In this document: piece by piece, positions 29,211 through 39,415 of the stretch | Numbering within the stretch: position 1 is the stretch's first letter | Layout of the letters: each line of letters starts with the position of its first letter | Assembly: GCA_041562555.1 (NCBI GenBank) | Contig: JBFEXS010000001.1 | Coordinates: 17,916 to 81,915, forward strand | Origin: Sulfurimonadaceae bacterium | Lineage (GTDB): Bacteria; Campylobacterota; Campylobacteria; Campylobacterales; Sulfurimonadaceae | DNA length: 64,000 bases | Direction of reading: 5' to 3' | The notes under the pieces: model-generated | What the model saw: the letters and a program-made list of their open reading frames with translations, nothing else | Database searches by the model: none | What the model was told of the DNA's origin: nothing | Program-made: the position numbers and the translations under genes

Positions 29211-30566
29211 TTATATCTCTTCAGTGTCTCCATCTTCTGCAAAGAGTGTCTGCTCAGCGTCATCCTGGACTGTCTCTATAGTGATAAAACGTGAGAAGGT
29301 CGGTTTGACGATGGAGATCGGATACTCTATCTGATTGGCGATCATCTCCTGAGGATATTCTCTGTGTGCAGATGTGATCAGATGATAAAAGTAATCGGCT
29401 CCAATTGTCGTCGCATAATTGATCCAGTCATAAACGATGTTGTTGTGTAAAAGGGTGTTAGACTCTATCATGACATTATTGTGATAGTTGATCGAGTTGG
29501 CAACAAGCATCTTCTCTCTGTCTCGTGGCTGGGTAAGCAGAAGAAGTTCCGGGTTATAGTTGATCTGAGTTGATAGGACATTGGTCGTGTTCACATCATA
29601 AAGGGTGAGTTGGGACATTACCATGGCACTTTTAACCACCGGAGTGTTCAGCAGGAATGAGCCTTCTTGAATGCGATTGTTCTCTTTAAGCTGAGATTCC
29701 ACATTAGAGGTCCGTTTGGCAATTGGAAAGGAATAGAACTTTGGTTCAGCTGAGTAGGTGAGGTTCTGCTCATCAAGTTCCTCTTGCGTCAATTCTATCC
29801 CCTCTTCATCCTTATAGATGATGCGGTTGAGTGTGATATTCTGATCAAAGGCATCCAAATAGGCATCTTTCGTTATTTCAGTCAACTTTTTACCAAGACT
29901 GTTCTTATCATAAAAGACTGTCAGCGGTGTTGCGGAATAGGGCATCAGGCTCTCAAGCTGCTTTTTATAGTTTATCGCACCATAATAGGTGTATTCAGAT
30001 GAGATATTCATGTCATCTTTATGGATGGTTGGGAAATAGATATGCATCGGTAAATCCAAGGAGACGACATTATGGGCTCCCTCAAGTGTTAATGGGGCGA
30101 TGACATAATGAAAGTCATCCTCTTCTATCTGTTGCAGTACACGCTGGAGCTCTTCGGAATCTTCTGACTCTGCATGGTATGTTTTTAGTTCAAAGGCTCT
30201 GTTCTTGGTAAGATAGTAGGCGAACGCAGCATTGGTCGTGGAGTATGCATATCGTCCGATGACACGGTAAGGCAAGAGCATGGCAATCTTAAGTTCTGTG
30301 TATTGGCGAATACGTTCAACATTGAACAGTGCCGTCTTGATCAGTAGCATATCGTTTAAGACAGGGTCATCGATCTTGTCTTTAGAATGGGCTAAAAAGC
30401 TGAAAAAACGCTCCTGCTCGATAAACTCATAAAGACATTCATTGTCACATTCACGATCATCTGTGTTAAGTACATAGGTCTTTGGCAGAGGAACTGATGA
30501 TACAAGAAAGCTCTGGGCATACAGTGCATTGAGTAAAAACAGCAAGAGTATAAAATGTTTTGTCAT
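29211..30566 (-). CDS. Exported protein with periplasmic-binding type I / LpoA-C-like fold
   Basis: Signal peptide; KIAMLLP...IGRYA and YVIAPLT resemble LppC/LpoA-type segments. Confidence 0.55.
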   Translation of the reverse strand: MTKHFILLLFLLNALYAQSFLVSSVPLPKTYVLNTDDRECDNECLYEFIEQERFFSFLAHSKDKIDDPVLNDMLLIKTALFNVERIRQYTELKIAMLLPYRVIGRYAYSTTNAAFAYYLTKNRAFELKTYHAESEDSEELQRVLQQIEEDDFHYVIAPLTLEGAHNVVSLDLPMHIYFPTIHKDDMNISSEYTYYGAINYKKQLESLMPYSATPLTVFYDKNSLGKKLTEITKDAYLDAFDQNITLNRIIYKDEEGIELTQEELDEQNLTYSAEPKFYSFPIAKRTSNVESQLKENNRIQEGSFLLNTPVVKSAMVMSQLTLYDVNTTNVLSTQINYNPELLLLTQPRDREKMLVANSINYHNNVMIESNTLLHNNIVYDWINYATTIGADYFYHLITSAHREYPQEMIANQIEYPISIVKPTFSRFITIETVQDDAEQTLFAEDGDTEEI

Positions 30567-30583
30567 ATTCCGTTTTCCTTTTG

Positions 30584-31267
30584 TTATATAGACATTGTTT
30601 GATTAAGGTGATCTTTGATCTTGATCAGGTCATCCATTGTACACTTTTTTAGTGAAGGATTGCGTAACAGATGAGCAGGATGATAGATTGGAACGATAAT
30701 CCGTTTGTCATAGGGTATCTTTTCACCTCTGGCGTGCTCAAAACTGCCTGCATCTTTGATCAGAGTAGTATACGCAAGCTCTCCGAGGCAAACGATGATC
30801 TTTGGGTCGACCAGTTCGATCTGCTTAAGCAAATAGGGTTTGCACGACGAGAGTTCCGAATCAAGGATCTTGTGTTGATGAGAGGGACGGCATTTCAATG
30901 CATGAGTCAGATAGATGTCATGGAGATTCAGTCCCAAGACATTCTCGATCATCTTCTTTAATGAAGAACCTGAACGCCCGGAAAAACTATCACCATTCTC
31001 ATCTTCTATCATGGAAGGGGAACCGTCAATGAACATGATCTGAGCATTTGGGTTTCCGCCTCCGACAAGTACACGTTGGCGTACTTTACTCAGGTCACAC
31101 AAGTGGCACTGCGACATCTGGGCATGGAGTGCATTCAGATCAGAAGGAAGCCTTAGGTCTCGTTCTTGCAGCTCTTTGTTCGCACTGACCGGGTCTATAT
31201 ACGAGAATCCCAAAGATTTATAACGGTAAAGAGATTTGAGTAAGACAAGGTTCTGATACGACTTCAA
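30584..31267 (-). CDS. Uracil-DNA glycosylase, family 4-like
   Basis: CHLCDL, FSGRSG, LKCRP, CKPYL, YHPAHLLRN. Confidence 0.9.
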   Translation of the reverse strand: MKSYQNLVLLKSLYRYKSLGFSYIDPVSANKELQERDLRLPSDLNALHAQMSQCHLCDLSKVRQRVLVGGGNPNAQIMFIDGSPSMIEDENGDSFSGRSGSSLKKMIENVLGLNLHDIYLTHALKCRPSHQHKILDSELSSCKPYLLKQIELVDPKIIVCLGELAYTTLIKDAGSFEHARGEKIPYDKRIIVPIYHPAHLLRNPSLKKCTMDDLIKIKDHLNQTMSI

Positions 31268-31374
31268 AGATATTCCTAAATTTAGTATCTTAGTCTATCC
31301 AAGGCAGCGTTAAATGCAACTAAAAGTGTAGACAATCAGTCTGAAAATGGATATTGGTAACAAGATGACAGTTT

Positions 31375-31424
31375 AAAAAAAGAGGTGAAAAAGAGAGGTG
31401 GCCATAAGGTGGTTACCTTATGAC
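31375..31424 (-). terminator. Probable intrinsic terminator of the SOR gene
   Basis: CATAAGGT-aacc-ACCTTATG stem followed by pyrimidine/U tracts on the minus strand. Confidence 0.55.
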
Positions 31425-31435
31425 GCAAGCAGCGA

Positions 31436-31822
31436 TTATTGAGCTACTTCTACTTCAACCGGAGTTGATTCCCAGATACCGTGTTTCGTACAGTAACCAT
31501 GAGCAACCAGGTTAAGTTTTTTACCCATTGGGCGGATGTTGAATGTTACTTCAGCATGAGATTTTTCATTTCCAAGTGTACCTGGAACAAACTCTGCAGC
31601 AGCAAGTTTAGTCTCACCGTCAAAAAGAGTGATACTTTCGATGAAGTGATCGAAATCATCTGGGTGAGTATATTCTTGACCCATTTTAACGTTAACTGCA
31701 AGCATCTCACCTTTTTTAGCTTCACCTGCAACAGTGATGAATGGAGAGTGACGGTCAATTAAATCTTTTTTAGCTTCACGCTCAACTGTATCGATGTCTA
31801 CATACTTATTAATCTTTGGCAT
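31436..31822 (-). CDS. Superoxide reductase-like protein (class II SORL / neelaredoxin-type)
   Basis: RHSP, HPDDFDHFI, YCTKHGIW iron ligands. Confidence 0.9.
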   Translation of the reverse strand: MPKINKYVDIDTVEREAKKDLIDRHSPFITVAGEAKKGEMLAVNVKMGQEYTHPDDFDHFIESITLFDGETKLAAAEFVPGTLGNEKSHAEVTFNIRPMGKKLNLVAHGYCTKHGIWESTPVEVEVAQ

Positions 31823-32094
31823 TTTCTGCTCCTAATTGAAATTATGCGGTATTGTAGCCATCTCAATATTTAATTTAACATAAGTTTTTGAAGTTAATTC
31901 TAGTTTCATCTAGATTAAAGGGTGGGAACAATTTTATTTTCAATAGGCAGAGCGGATATTTAACAAATTCTCTTATTTCACCGTGTTTCGCAATGGATTT
32001 TATTAAAGAAGCATCACTTAAAAGAGGTCAGCTTACCTTGCTTTAACCAAGTCTTGGATAGAATCGCAGGATTATTAGAAACATTATAAGGTTT

Positions 32095-34116
32095 ATGTCA
32101 ATGTTACAACCATTATTGATTGAAATTGGTGTTGAAGAACTTCCGGCAGTTCCTCTCCTGAATGAGCTGGAAAATATTGAAAAGAAATGGTCGAAAGTAT
32201 TAGAAGAGAATGCTTTGCTGTGTGAGTTTGAATTTTACTATACACCTCGCCGTCTTGTCTTATGGCACAGAGAATTCCAAAGTTCTCAGGATGATTCAAT
32301 AGAGGAGTTCTTTGGTGCACCTGTCGCCATCGCTTTCGATGAGACTGGAAAACCTACCAAGGCGTGTGAAGGTTTCGCACGTAAATGTGGTGTAAGCGTA
32401 GAAGAACTCGGACGCAACGAAAAGGGCGGTAAAGAAGTCCTATATTATAAAAAAGAGATCAAGGGACAGGAGAGTAAGAACCTGCTTCAAGGGATGATCA
32501 CCGAGTTTATGAAAAGTCTTAACTTTGGAAAGTCTATGCGCTGGGGAAGCCTGAGCGAAAGTTTTATCCGTCCGATTCGATGGTTGAACGTCATGATGGC
32601 AGATGAGTTGGTACCGGTTGAATTGTTCGGTGTGCATTCATCAAAGCAGACATTCGTACATAGAATCGCTTCCTTTGAGGGAAAAGCTGTAGAGGGTGTC
32701 GAAGCCTATTTTAAATCTTTGCAAGAGGGTTCAGTCACACTTTTCCCGGCACTCAGACGTGAGTCTATCCTTGAAGGGTTTAAAAACATAGAAACAGAAG
32801 CAGGCTTGCAGATTGAAAGGGATGAAGAACTTTTAGACGAAGTCGTCGCTATTACCGAAAACCCGGTGGCACTTCTGGGGTCTTTTGATGAAGAGTTTTT
32901 ACGTCTGCCTCCTGAAGTCATCATTGCATCTATGAAAGAGCATCAACGCTATTTTCCTGTGTTCAAAGAGGGTGTCTTGACAAATAAGTTTGTTGTCGTT
33001 TCCAATGCTCTTACAGAGGATTATTCTAAAGTCATCGAAGGAAACGAGAAGGTGCTTCGTCCGCGTTTGGCCGATGGGCTTTTCTTTTACGATAACGACC
33101 TTAAGCGCACATTGATCAATGACGGACTGGAGAAAGTAACGTTTATGAATGGGCTTGGATCCTTGATTGACAAGATCCAAAGAGAAAAGAAAATCGGTAC
33201 GTCATTGGCGGAAGCCTTTGGTGTCGATACAGGGAAGGTCGAACGTGCCATTGAACTTTCTAAAGCAGACCTGATGAGTGAGATGGTCTTTGAATTTACG
33301 GAACTTCAGGGGATCATGGGAACCTATTATGCACAAGCGCAGGGTGAGGATGAAGAAGTTGCTTTAGCGATCAAGGAACAATACCTTCCAAAGGGAGAGA
33401 ACTCGGAACTTCCGACAACAGGGGTCTCTGCCGTCGTCGCATTGGCAACAAAGCTTGATACTCTTATCGGGCTGTTTTCCGTTGATCAGATCCCAACAGG
33501 TTCACGGGACCCATTTGCGCTTAGACGTGCAGTTAACGGGATTATCCGTATTGTCAATGCCTTTGGTTTTGAGTTTGATATCTCAAAGATCAAGGAGAGC
33601 TTTGGTTCAGAATATGCAGACTTTGATTATACAAGCTTGCAAGAGTTCATTTTAGAACGTATCAACCAGTTCTATAAGGTAAACCCGTCGGTGATCAAAG
33701 CCGTTATCGCAGCAGATGATCTCTCATTGTGTGTCATTGATGCGAAAATCAAAGCTCTTCACGAGATTGTCAGTTCAGAAAACTTCTCTGAGAGTTTTTC
33801 AACATTCAAGCGCGTTGCAAATATTACCAAAGACGTGGATATGCATGCTGACCTTGTTGTAAACTCTGCATTGTTTGAAAATGAGGCTGAGGGCGACCTC
33901 TATCAGGCATATACGGCCGTGAGTTCACAGTCATATGAGAACATCGAGTCACATCTGGATGCACTCTTTTCACTCAAACCTCAGTTAGATGTTTTCTTTG
34001 ATAAAGTTATGGTTAATGCTGATGATGAAACAGTCAGAACAAATCGAAAGAATCTTGTCTCTTCTGTATACAAAAGCTTTAAGACCATTGCCGATATCAA
34101 AGAGATATCGATTTAA
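32095..34116 (+). CDS. glyS: Glycine--tRNA ligase beta subunit
   Basis: LLIEIGVEELP, TPRR, MRWG, FIRPIRW, EFTELQG, GSRDPFALRR. Confidence 0.97.
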   Translation: MSMLQPLLIEIGVEELPAVPLLNELENIEKKWSKVLEENALLCEFEFYYTPRRLVLWHREFQSSQDDSIEEFFGAPVAIAFDETGKPTKACEGFARKCGVSVEELGRNEKGGKEVLYYKKEIKGQESKNLLQGMITEFMKSLNFGKSMRWGSLSESFIRPIRWLNVMMADELVPVELFGVHSSKQTFVHRIASFEGKAVEGVEAYFKSLQEGSVTLFPALRRESILEGFKNIETEAGLQIERDEELLDEVVAITENPVALLGSFDEEFLRLPPEVIIASMKEHQRYFPVFKEGVLTNKFVVVSNALTEDYSKVIEGNEKVLRPRLADGLFFYDNDLKRTLINDGLEKVTFMNGLGSLIDKIQREKKIGTSLAEAFGVDTGKVERAIELSKADLMSEMVFEFTELQGIMGTYYAQAQGEDEEVALAIKEQYLPKGENSELPTTGVSAVVALATKLDTLIGLFSVDQIPTGSRDPFALRRAVNGIIRIVNAFGFEFDISKIKESFGSEYADFDYTSLQEFILERINQFYKVNPSVIKAVIAADDLSLCVIDAKIKALHEIVSSENFSESFSTFKRVANITKDVDMHADLVVNSALFENEAEGDLYQAYTAVSSQSYENIESHLDALFSLKPQLDVFFDKVMVNADDETVRTNRKNLVSSVYKSFKTIADIKEISI

Positions 34117-34130
34117 AGCCTGCATATCTT

Positions 34131-35249
34131 ATGCAAAGCTATGATGTCATCATTGTCGGTGCTGGTATCAATGGCTCTGCCTTAGCCCATGCCCTTCATC
34201 AGCAGGGGCAAAAGGTCCTTGTTCTAGAGAAGGATGCCATTGCTTCAGGAGGATCGGGAGCAGCGGGCGCTTTTATCAACCCAAAGATATCCAAAGCCGG
34301 CCCTTTAAAAGAGCTTATCGAAGAGGCATACCGTTTTTCTCTCTCTTTTTATACTCAAAAGTTTCCTGATCTATGCACACAAGCACCTTTATTGCATATT
34401 GCAAAATATGAAGATGATAATGAGAAGCTCAGGTACTTTAAGGCCAACACAACACTTTCCCAGTCATCTCCTCCTTCTGAATTGAAGGCACTGTTAAGAC
34501 CATATTGCACTGCTTTTGAATCCGTCTATTTGAATCATAATGCGATTTTGGAAGCAGCGGAAGTCTGCCAGGCAATGCTTCAGGGAGTCTCTTTTGAAAA
34601 GAGAGAAGTAAAAAGCCCTGAGTACAAAGAGGGCTACTGGTGCGTTGATGAATTCCGGGCAAAAAAAATAGTCTTGACGACAGGAGCATATGAGAGTGTC
34701 GTTTCAGACCCGACGATTCGTCTTAGAAAGATATATGGACAACGGTGCGAGGTAGAAAGTCCTATGGTGCTTAAAACGACGATGCATCATGAGGTTTCTG
34801 TCTCTGCAACAAAGAAAAATGGCAAGATAGCCATAGGTGCCAGTCATTATTTGGATGAGTCACAGATGCCAAGCGTGCAAAAGGAGTCTGAAAACCTGAT
34901 CGCCATGGCACAGAAAAGTTTTGCATTGCCAGAATTAAGCCTGTATGATTCGTTTAGAGGCATGCGTTCTGGATCAAATGATTATCTTCCTATCGTTGGA
35001 CCTGTGGTTGACATCGAAGCAAGTCTGTTGGCAGGGCCGGATGCTCTGAAGGGAAATAAGGATGCCAAGCTTGTCTTTAAAGAGGGGATGTATATGATAA
35101 ACGGAGTGGGGGGATATGGGTTTGTTTTAGCTCCCTATCTTGCTTCTATGCTGGCAGATAACTTTTGCAAGGAAAAAGCACTGGAAGCATATTTGGAACC
35201 CAAGCGTTTTTATTACCGGTATGCCAAACAACAGGGGAAGCTGAAATGA
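34131..35249 (+). CDS. FAD-dependent oxidoreductase, MnmC C-terminal (MnmC1)-like
   Basis: GAGING, SGGSGAAGAFINP, DYLPIVG, NGVGGYG, LEPKRF. Confidence 0.8.
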   Translation: MQSYDVIIVGAGINGSALAHALHQQGQKVLVLEKDAIASGGSGAAGAFINPKISKAGPLKELIEEAYRFSLSFYTQKFPDLCTQAPLLHIAKYEDDNEKLRYFKANTTLSQSSPPSELKALLRPYCTAFESVYLNHNAILEAAEVCQAMLQGVSFEKREVKSPEYKEGYWCVDEFRAKKIVLTTGAYESVVSDPTIRLRKIYGQRCEVESPMVLKTTMHHEVSVSATKKNGKIAIGASHYLDESQMPSVQKESENLIAMAQKSFALPELSLYDSFRGMRSGSNDYLPIVGPVVDIEASLLAGPDALKGNKDAKLVFKEGMYMINGVGGYGFVLAPYLASMLADNFCKEKALEAYLEPKRFYYRYAKQQGKLK

Positions 35250-36079
35250 GTTGGCTGAGTTTTCTTGCTATCGGACTTCTGGTATACGCTGGGATATTGT
35301 TTGTGGTCTTCCTCTTTCAGACCCGTCTTTTTTTTACACCCACGTATTACAGAGATGATGAGAAGTTTCAAAAAATAGAAGAGTTCTTAACTCCTTTGGC
35401 ATTATTGTCCGAAGATGATACCCTGCTTGAAGGGATATTGTATGATCCAAATATCGAGGATATCCTTAGTGACAAGGCTTCAGAAAGAAGGATTATTCTC
35501 TATTTTGGGGGTGTGCAGCAAGACAGTGTGGCTCTGGTGGAAAAGTTCGCCGCTCATTATCCGGACATGCCCTTTATAACGTATAACTACAGAGGTTATG
35601 GCAAAAGTGAAGGAAAGCCTTCACAGAGTAAACTGTTTATGGATGCTATACATATCTATGATGACCTGGTCATCCGCTATGGATATAAACCGGAAGAGAT
35701 CATTCTGATGGGGTACTCTTTGGGATCGGGTGTGGCCTCTTTCTTGGGTTCACAGCGACAGGTGAAAGAAATCATGCTTATCGCACCATACGATTCCGTG
35801 TATGAGGTGATGAAACGGCGTTATCCTTTTAGCGGCATACACTGGATCTTGCGTCAGAAGTTCCCTTCAACGGATTTTGTCCCCCATATAGACGTCCCCA
35901 TTCATATCTATGCCGCAAGTGATGACAAGGTAGTTAATATTAAACATGCTAAAATGCTGAAAAATCATGTCAATAATCTGGCCGGTTTTTATGAATATGG
36001 AAATGTCAGTCATGATAGTATCCTGTTTAATAGAGACGTGGTTGAACATATACAAGAAATTTTAAAAAGAGATGAATAA
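35246..36079 (+). CDS. Membrane-anchored alpha/beta hydrolase
   Basis: N-terminal TM, NYRGYGKSEG, GYSLG, D..V, H; ATGA overlap. Confidence 0.88.
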   Translation: MSWLSFLAIGLLVYAGILFVVFLFQTRLFFTPTYYRDDEKFQKIEEFLTPLALLSEDDTLLEGILYDPNIEDILSDKASERRIILYFGGVQQDSVALVEKFAAHYPDMPFITYNYRGYGKSEGKPSQSKLFMDAIHIYDDLVIRYGYKPEEIILMGYSLGSGVASFLGSQRQVKEIMLIAPYDSVYEVMKRRYPFSGIHWILRQKFPSTDFVPHIDVPIHIYAASDDKVVNIKHAKMLKNHVNNLAGFYEYGNVSHDSILFNRDVVEHIQEILKRDE

Positions 36080-37034
36080 GATGAGTAAAGAAGCGATTAT
36101 ATTACTTAATATGGGTGGTCCCAACAATCTTGAGGAAGTGGAAGTGTTTTTAAACAATATGTTCAATGACCCCAATATCCTGACGATGAAAAGTGGTGGC
36201 TTGCGAAAATTTGTGGCCACTATGATCACCTTTTTCCGTACAGAGTCTTCCCAGGAAATCTACCGTGAGCTTGGCGGAAAGTCACCGATTGTAGGGCATA
36301 CGAAAAGACTTGTAGTCGCTTTGCAGGAAGCACTTCCGGATGTCTATATCGATTATGTGATGCGGTATACACCTCCTTTTGCACCGGAAGTCATAGAGCG
36401 ATTGAAAGAACGCGGAATTGAAAAGATATTTCTCATTCCGCTATATCCCCAATATTCGACTACAACGACGAAATCATCTTTAGAGGACTTTGAACAGGCA
36501 TTTAATAATTCGGGTCTGGATGCCATCTTACTGGAGAAGAAACATTATTACGAACTCTCTAAATATAATGATGCTGTTTTGGAACGTGTGATCGAAGGCT
36601 TGCAGGGAGATAAAAGTGAAGATTACCATCTGATATTCTCAGCCCATGGGCTTCCGCAAAAAATTGTTGATGCCGGCGACCCTTATCAGCGCCATGTTGA
36701 ACGTCATGTTGAACTTTTAAAACAAAAGATGGCCGAGAAGAATATACATTTCAAGAAAGTATCCTTGGCCTATCAGTCAAAGGTCGGGCCTTTAAAGTGG
36801 CTGGAACCATCCTTGGAGACAATGCTGGATAAAACAAGAAATGAGAATGTCCTGATTTATCCAATCGCCTTTACAATCGATAATTCGGAAACAGACTTTG
36901 AATTGGGGATCGAATATAAAGAGATAGCGGAAGAGCTGGGTTTTAGCAAATATAAAGTGGCACCATGTGTGAATGATCACCCGTTGTTCGTCGAAGCACT
37001 GTGTGAACTTTATGAAAAGATGAAGTTCTCTTAA
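36072..37034 (+). CDS. hemH: Ferrochelatase
   Basis: LLNMGGP, GGKSP, PLYPQYS, FSAHGLP, YQSKVGP, SET. Confidence 0.97.
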   Translation: MNKMSKEAIILLNMGGPNNLEEVEVFLNNMFNDPNILTMKSGGLRKFVATMITFFRTESSQEIYRELGGKSPIVGHTKRLVVALQEALPDVYIDYVMRYTPPFAPEVIERLKERGIEKIFLIPLYPQYSTTTTKSSLEDFEQAFNNSGLDAILLEKKHYYELSKYNDAVLERVIEGLQGDKSEDYHLIFSAHGLPQKIVDAGDPYQRHVERHVELLKQKMAEKNIHFKKVSLAYQSKVGPLKWLEPSLETMLDKTRNENVLIYPIAFTIDNSETDFELGIEYKEIAEELGFSKYKVAPCVNDHPLFVEALCELYEKMKFS

Positions 37035-37043
37035 GGCCTGAAG

Positions 37044-37670
37044 ATGAAGATTGTTATCTTTGACATGGACGGTACTCTGCTGGACTCGGCGAAAGACATC
37101 ACGATATCGGTGAATGCCGTACGCGAGAACAACCATGGACTCAGCCCGTTGTCCGAGGCATTCGTCATTGAAGCTATCAACAGAGAACATCGTAATCTTG
37201 CAGAACTTTTTTACGGTACCTCCAGTTATGAGAAGAGGGATCAGTTGCTTTTTGAAGAGCATTATAATGAACAGTGTATTCAAAACGTCACCTTGTATGA
37301 AGGTATCCATGAATCGTTGATGGCCCTGCGTGATAATCAGGTGAGACTTTCAGTAGCAACGAATGCACCGAGTAAATTTGCCCGACGCATGTTGGAAGCC
37401 TGTGACGTGCTTGAGTGTTTTGATGTCGTGATGGGTGCAGACCGGGTTAAAAATCCCAAGCCGGACAAAGAGATGCTGGAGTATATCTTGAAGCGTTATG
37501 GTTACGAAACGGGACATCAGGCATTAATGGTCGGAGATAATGTAAAAGACATGCAGGCCGCACATAACGCCGGTATTGAAGGGGGATTTGCGACATGGGG
37601 ATTTTCACCTACGTCGCAACACCATACGGTTTTTAACACACCACAGGAAATATTGGACTTTTTTATATAG
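37044..37670 (+). CDS. HAD-family hydrolase (phosphoglycolate phosphatase-like)
   Basis: FDMDGTL, ATN, KPD, VGD...D. Confidence 0.9.
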   Translation: MKIVIFDMDGTLLDSAKDITISVNAVRENNHGLSPLSEAFVIEAINREHRNLAELFYGTSSYEKRDQLLFEEHYNEQCIQNVTLYEGIHESLMALRDNQVRLSVATNAPSKFARRMLEACDVLECFDVVMGADRVKNPKPDKEMLEYILKRYGYETGHQALMVGDNVKDMQAAHNAGIEGGFATWGFSPTSQHHTVFNTPQEILDFFI

Positions 37671-37722
37671 AAAATGATCTTGTATATGCTAAAATAAAAC
37701 CAAAAAAAACGGGGGACTTTTC

Positions 37723-38724
37723 ATGGGTTCATATAAACATCTTGTCGGGGCTTTTTCACTTGCCATAGCTTCCGTACTGTTTGCTGAGAGTAGATTAGAC
37801 GTCAATGAGGGGAGTGAATATGCACTTTCCGCTATGGATACGGATACACCTGAAACGAAAGAACTGTTGCGTAGAACATCCGAAAAAAATGGCTTTTTTG
37901 GACTTGAAGCTTATGATAAAAACTTTTTTCTTCCGATATCCTATGGAAAAGACAAGCCTCCAAGGATATCAAACAGCTATCCTATAGGAGATCCGGCGAA
38001 CCCTGAAGATGTATTACACGAGAAAAATATGGAAGTTGAGTTTCAGTTCAGTTTGAAAACACAGCTTTTATATAATACGCTTGGCCTGCATGAATATCTG
38101 TATGCAGGATATACGCAACGGGCGTGGTGGCAGGCATATTCGGAGTCGGCACCTTTTCGAGAGATCAATTATGAACCGGAACTTTTCATGTATATCCCGG
38201 CAGAACGTAATTTTGAAAACGACATGGGTCTTAAGGCGCTTAAAGTAGGTCTTTTGCATCAATCTAATGGTCATGATGGATACCAGTCGCGATCATGGAA
38301 CCGTCTGTATCTGACAGGAATGTGGCAATGGGGAAACCTTTTTGTCTCAACACGTGCATGGTATAGGATCCCTGAAGATGATAAACCCGATGGCTATTTC
38401 GATGGCACATCCCCGGGTGGACTTGAACCAAATGCAAAAGGGGATGATAATCCGGATATCTATAACTATCTGGGGTATGGGGATATCCGAATGGAATATC
38501 TCTATGGAAAAGCGCAGTGGGGTCTGCTGCTCCGCAATAACTTGCGCTTTGACAAGGAAAACAAAGGTGCAGTTGAACTCAATTACACCTATCCGATCTT
38601 AAATTCCAAAAACACTTTCTGGTATGTGAAAATCTTTCACGGGTATGGGGAAAGTCTGATCGATTATAACCGTGAAGTAAGTAAAGCATCTGTCGGATTC
38701 TCTTTCTCACGAGGACTCTTTTAA
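37723..38724 (+). CDS. pldA: Outer membrane phospholipase A
   Basis: EFQFSLK, PFREINYEPE, HQSNG...SRSWNRLY, GYGESLIDYN. Confidence 0.95.
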   Translation: MGSYKHLVGAFSLAIASVLFAESRLDVNEGSEYALSAMDTDTPETKELLRRTSEKNGFFGLEAYDKNFFLPISYGKDKPPRISNSYPIGDPANPEDVLHEKNMEVEFQFSLKTQLLYNTLGLHEYLYAGYTQRAWWQAYSESAPFREINYEPELFMYIPAERNFENDMGLKALKVGLLHQSNGHDGYQSRSWNRLYLTGMWQWGNLFVSTRAWYRIPEDDKPDGYFDGTSPGGLEPNAKGDDNPDIYNYLGYGDIRMEYLYGKAQWGLLLRNNLRFDKENKGAVELNYTYPILNSKNTFWYVKIFHGYGESLIDYNREVSKASVGFSFSRGLF

Positions 38725-38727
38725 AGA

Positions 38728-39354
38728 ATGCTCAAGGGGCTGTTGTACGTATGTGTGCTGATACTCATAAGTGGGTGCACAGTACACAAGAGACTTCCTT
38801 CAACCGGGTTTCTTGAGCGCTATGATCAATTAAAGCCCATGCCTTCACATAAGGTACATTTCTTTGCCAAACAAAGGGATGCGAACCTTTCCTCATTTAC
38901 GAAACTTCTTATACCTGATATTCAAGTGGTCACTTTGCCTCAGGATATGTCTGCTTATGACAGAGAACTCTATACACAGATTTCTGCCTATGCGACAGCC
39001 GGTTACAGAAAGATGATAGACAAATACAGTAAAAACTACACTCTGGTGGATGTCGCACAAAAGAATGCACTTCTGATGCAGATCGCTCTTTCTGCTGTTT
39101 CTTTAGATGCATCTGATATCTACAGTGCAGAGGTGATGCCTTTTAGCCTTGATGTAAACACACGAAGTGTATATTCCGGCTCGAAGGTATATCTGCTTGT
39201 AGAAGTAAACACCAAAGATGCATTCTCGGGTGAGACACTTGCCCGTTCATTGCAGGTCGTTACAGACGTGCCTGTTACAGCAATGGGAAAAGAATTGAGA
39301 ATCTCAGACCTTCAGCCCGCTATAGATACATGGCTGGGAGGGATCGTCCGATAG
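38728..39354 (+). CDS. Lipoprotein, DUF3313-like
   Basis: Lipobox LISGC, TGFLERY..L, DAFSGETLA. Confidence 0.6.
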   Translation: MLKGLLYVCVLILISGCTVHKRLPSTGFLERYDQLKPMPSHKVHFFAKQRDANLSSFTKLLIPDIQVVTLPQDMSAYDRELYTQISAYATAGYRKMIDKYSKNYTLVDVAQKNALLMQIALSAVSLDASDIYSAEVMPFSLDVNTRSVYSGSKVYLLVEVNTKDAFSGETLARSLQVVTDVPVTAMGKELRISDLQPAIDTWLGGIVR

Positions 39355-39415
39355 GAGCTGAGTGTTACCGGCCCCTGTCTTGAATCTGTGATTGATTTGT
39401 GCAATAATGCCATTC

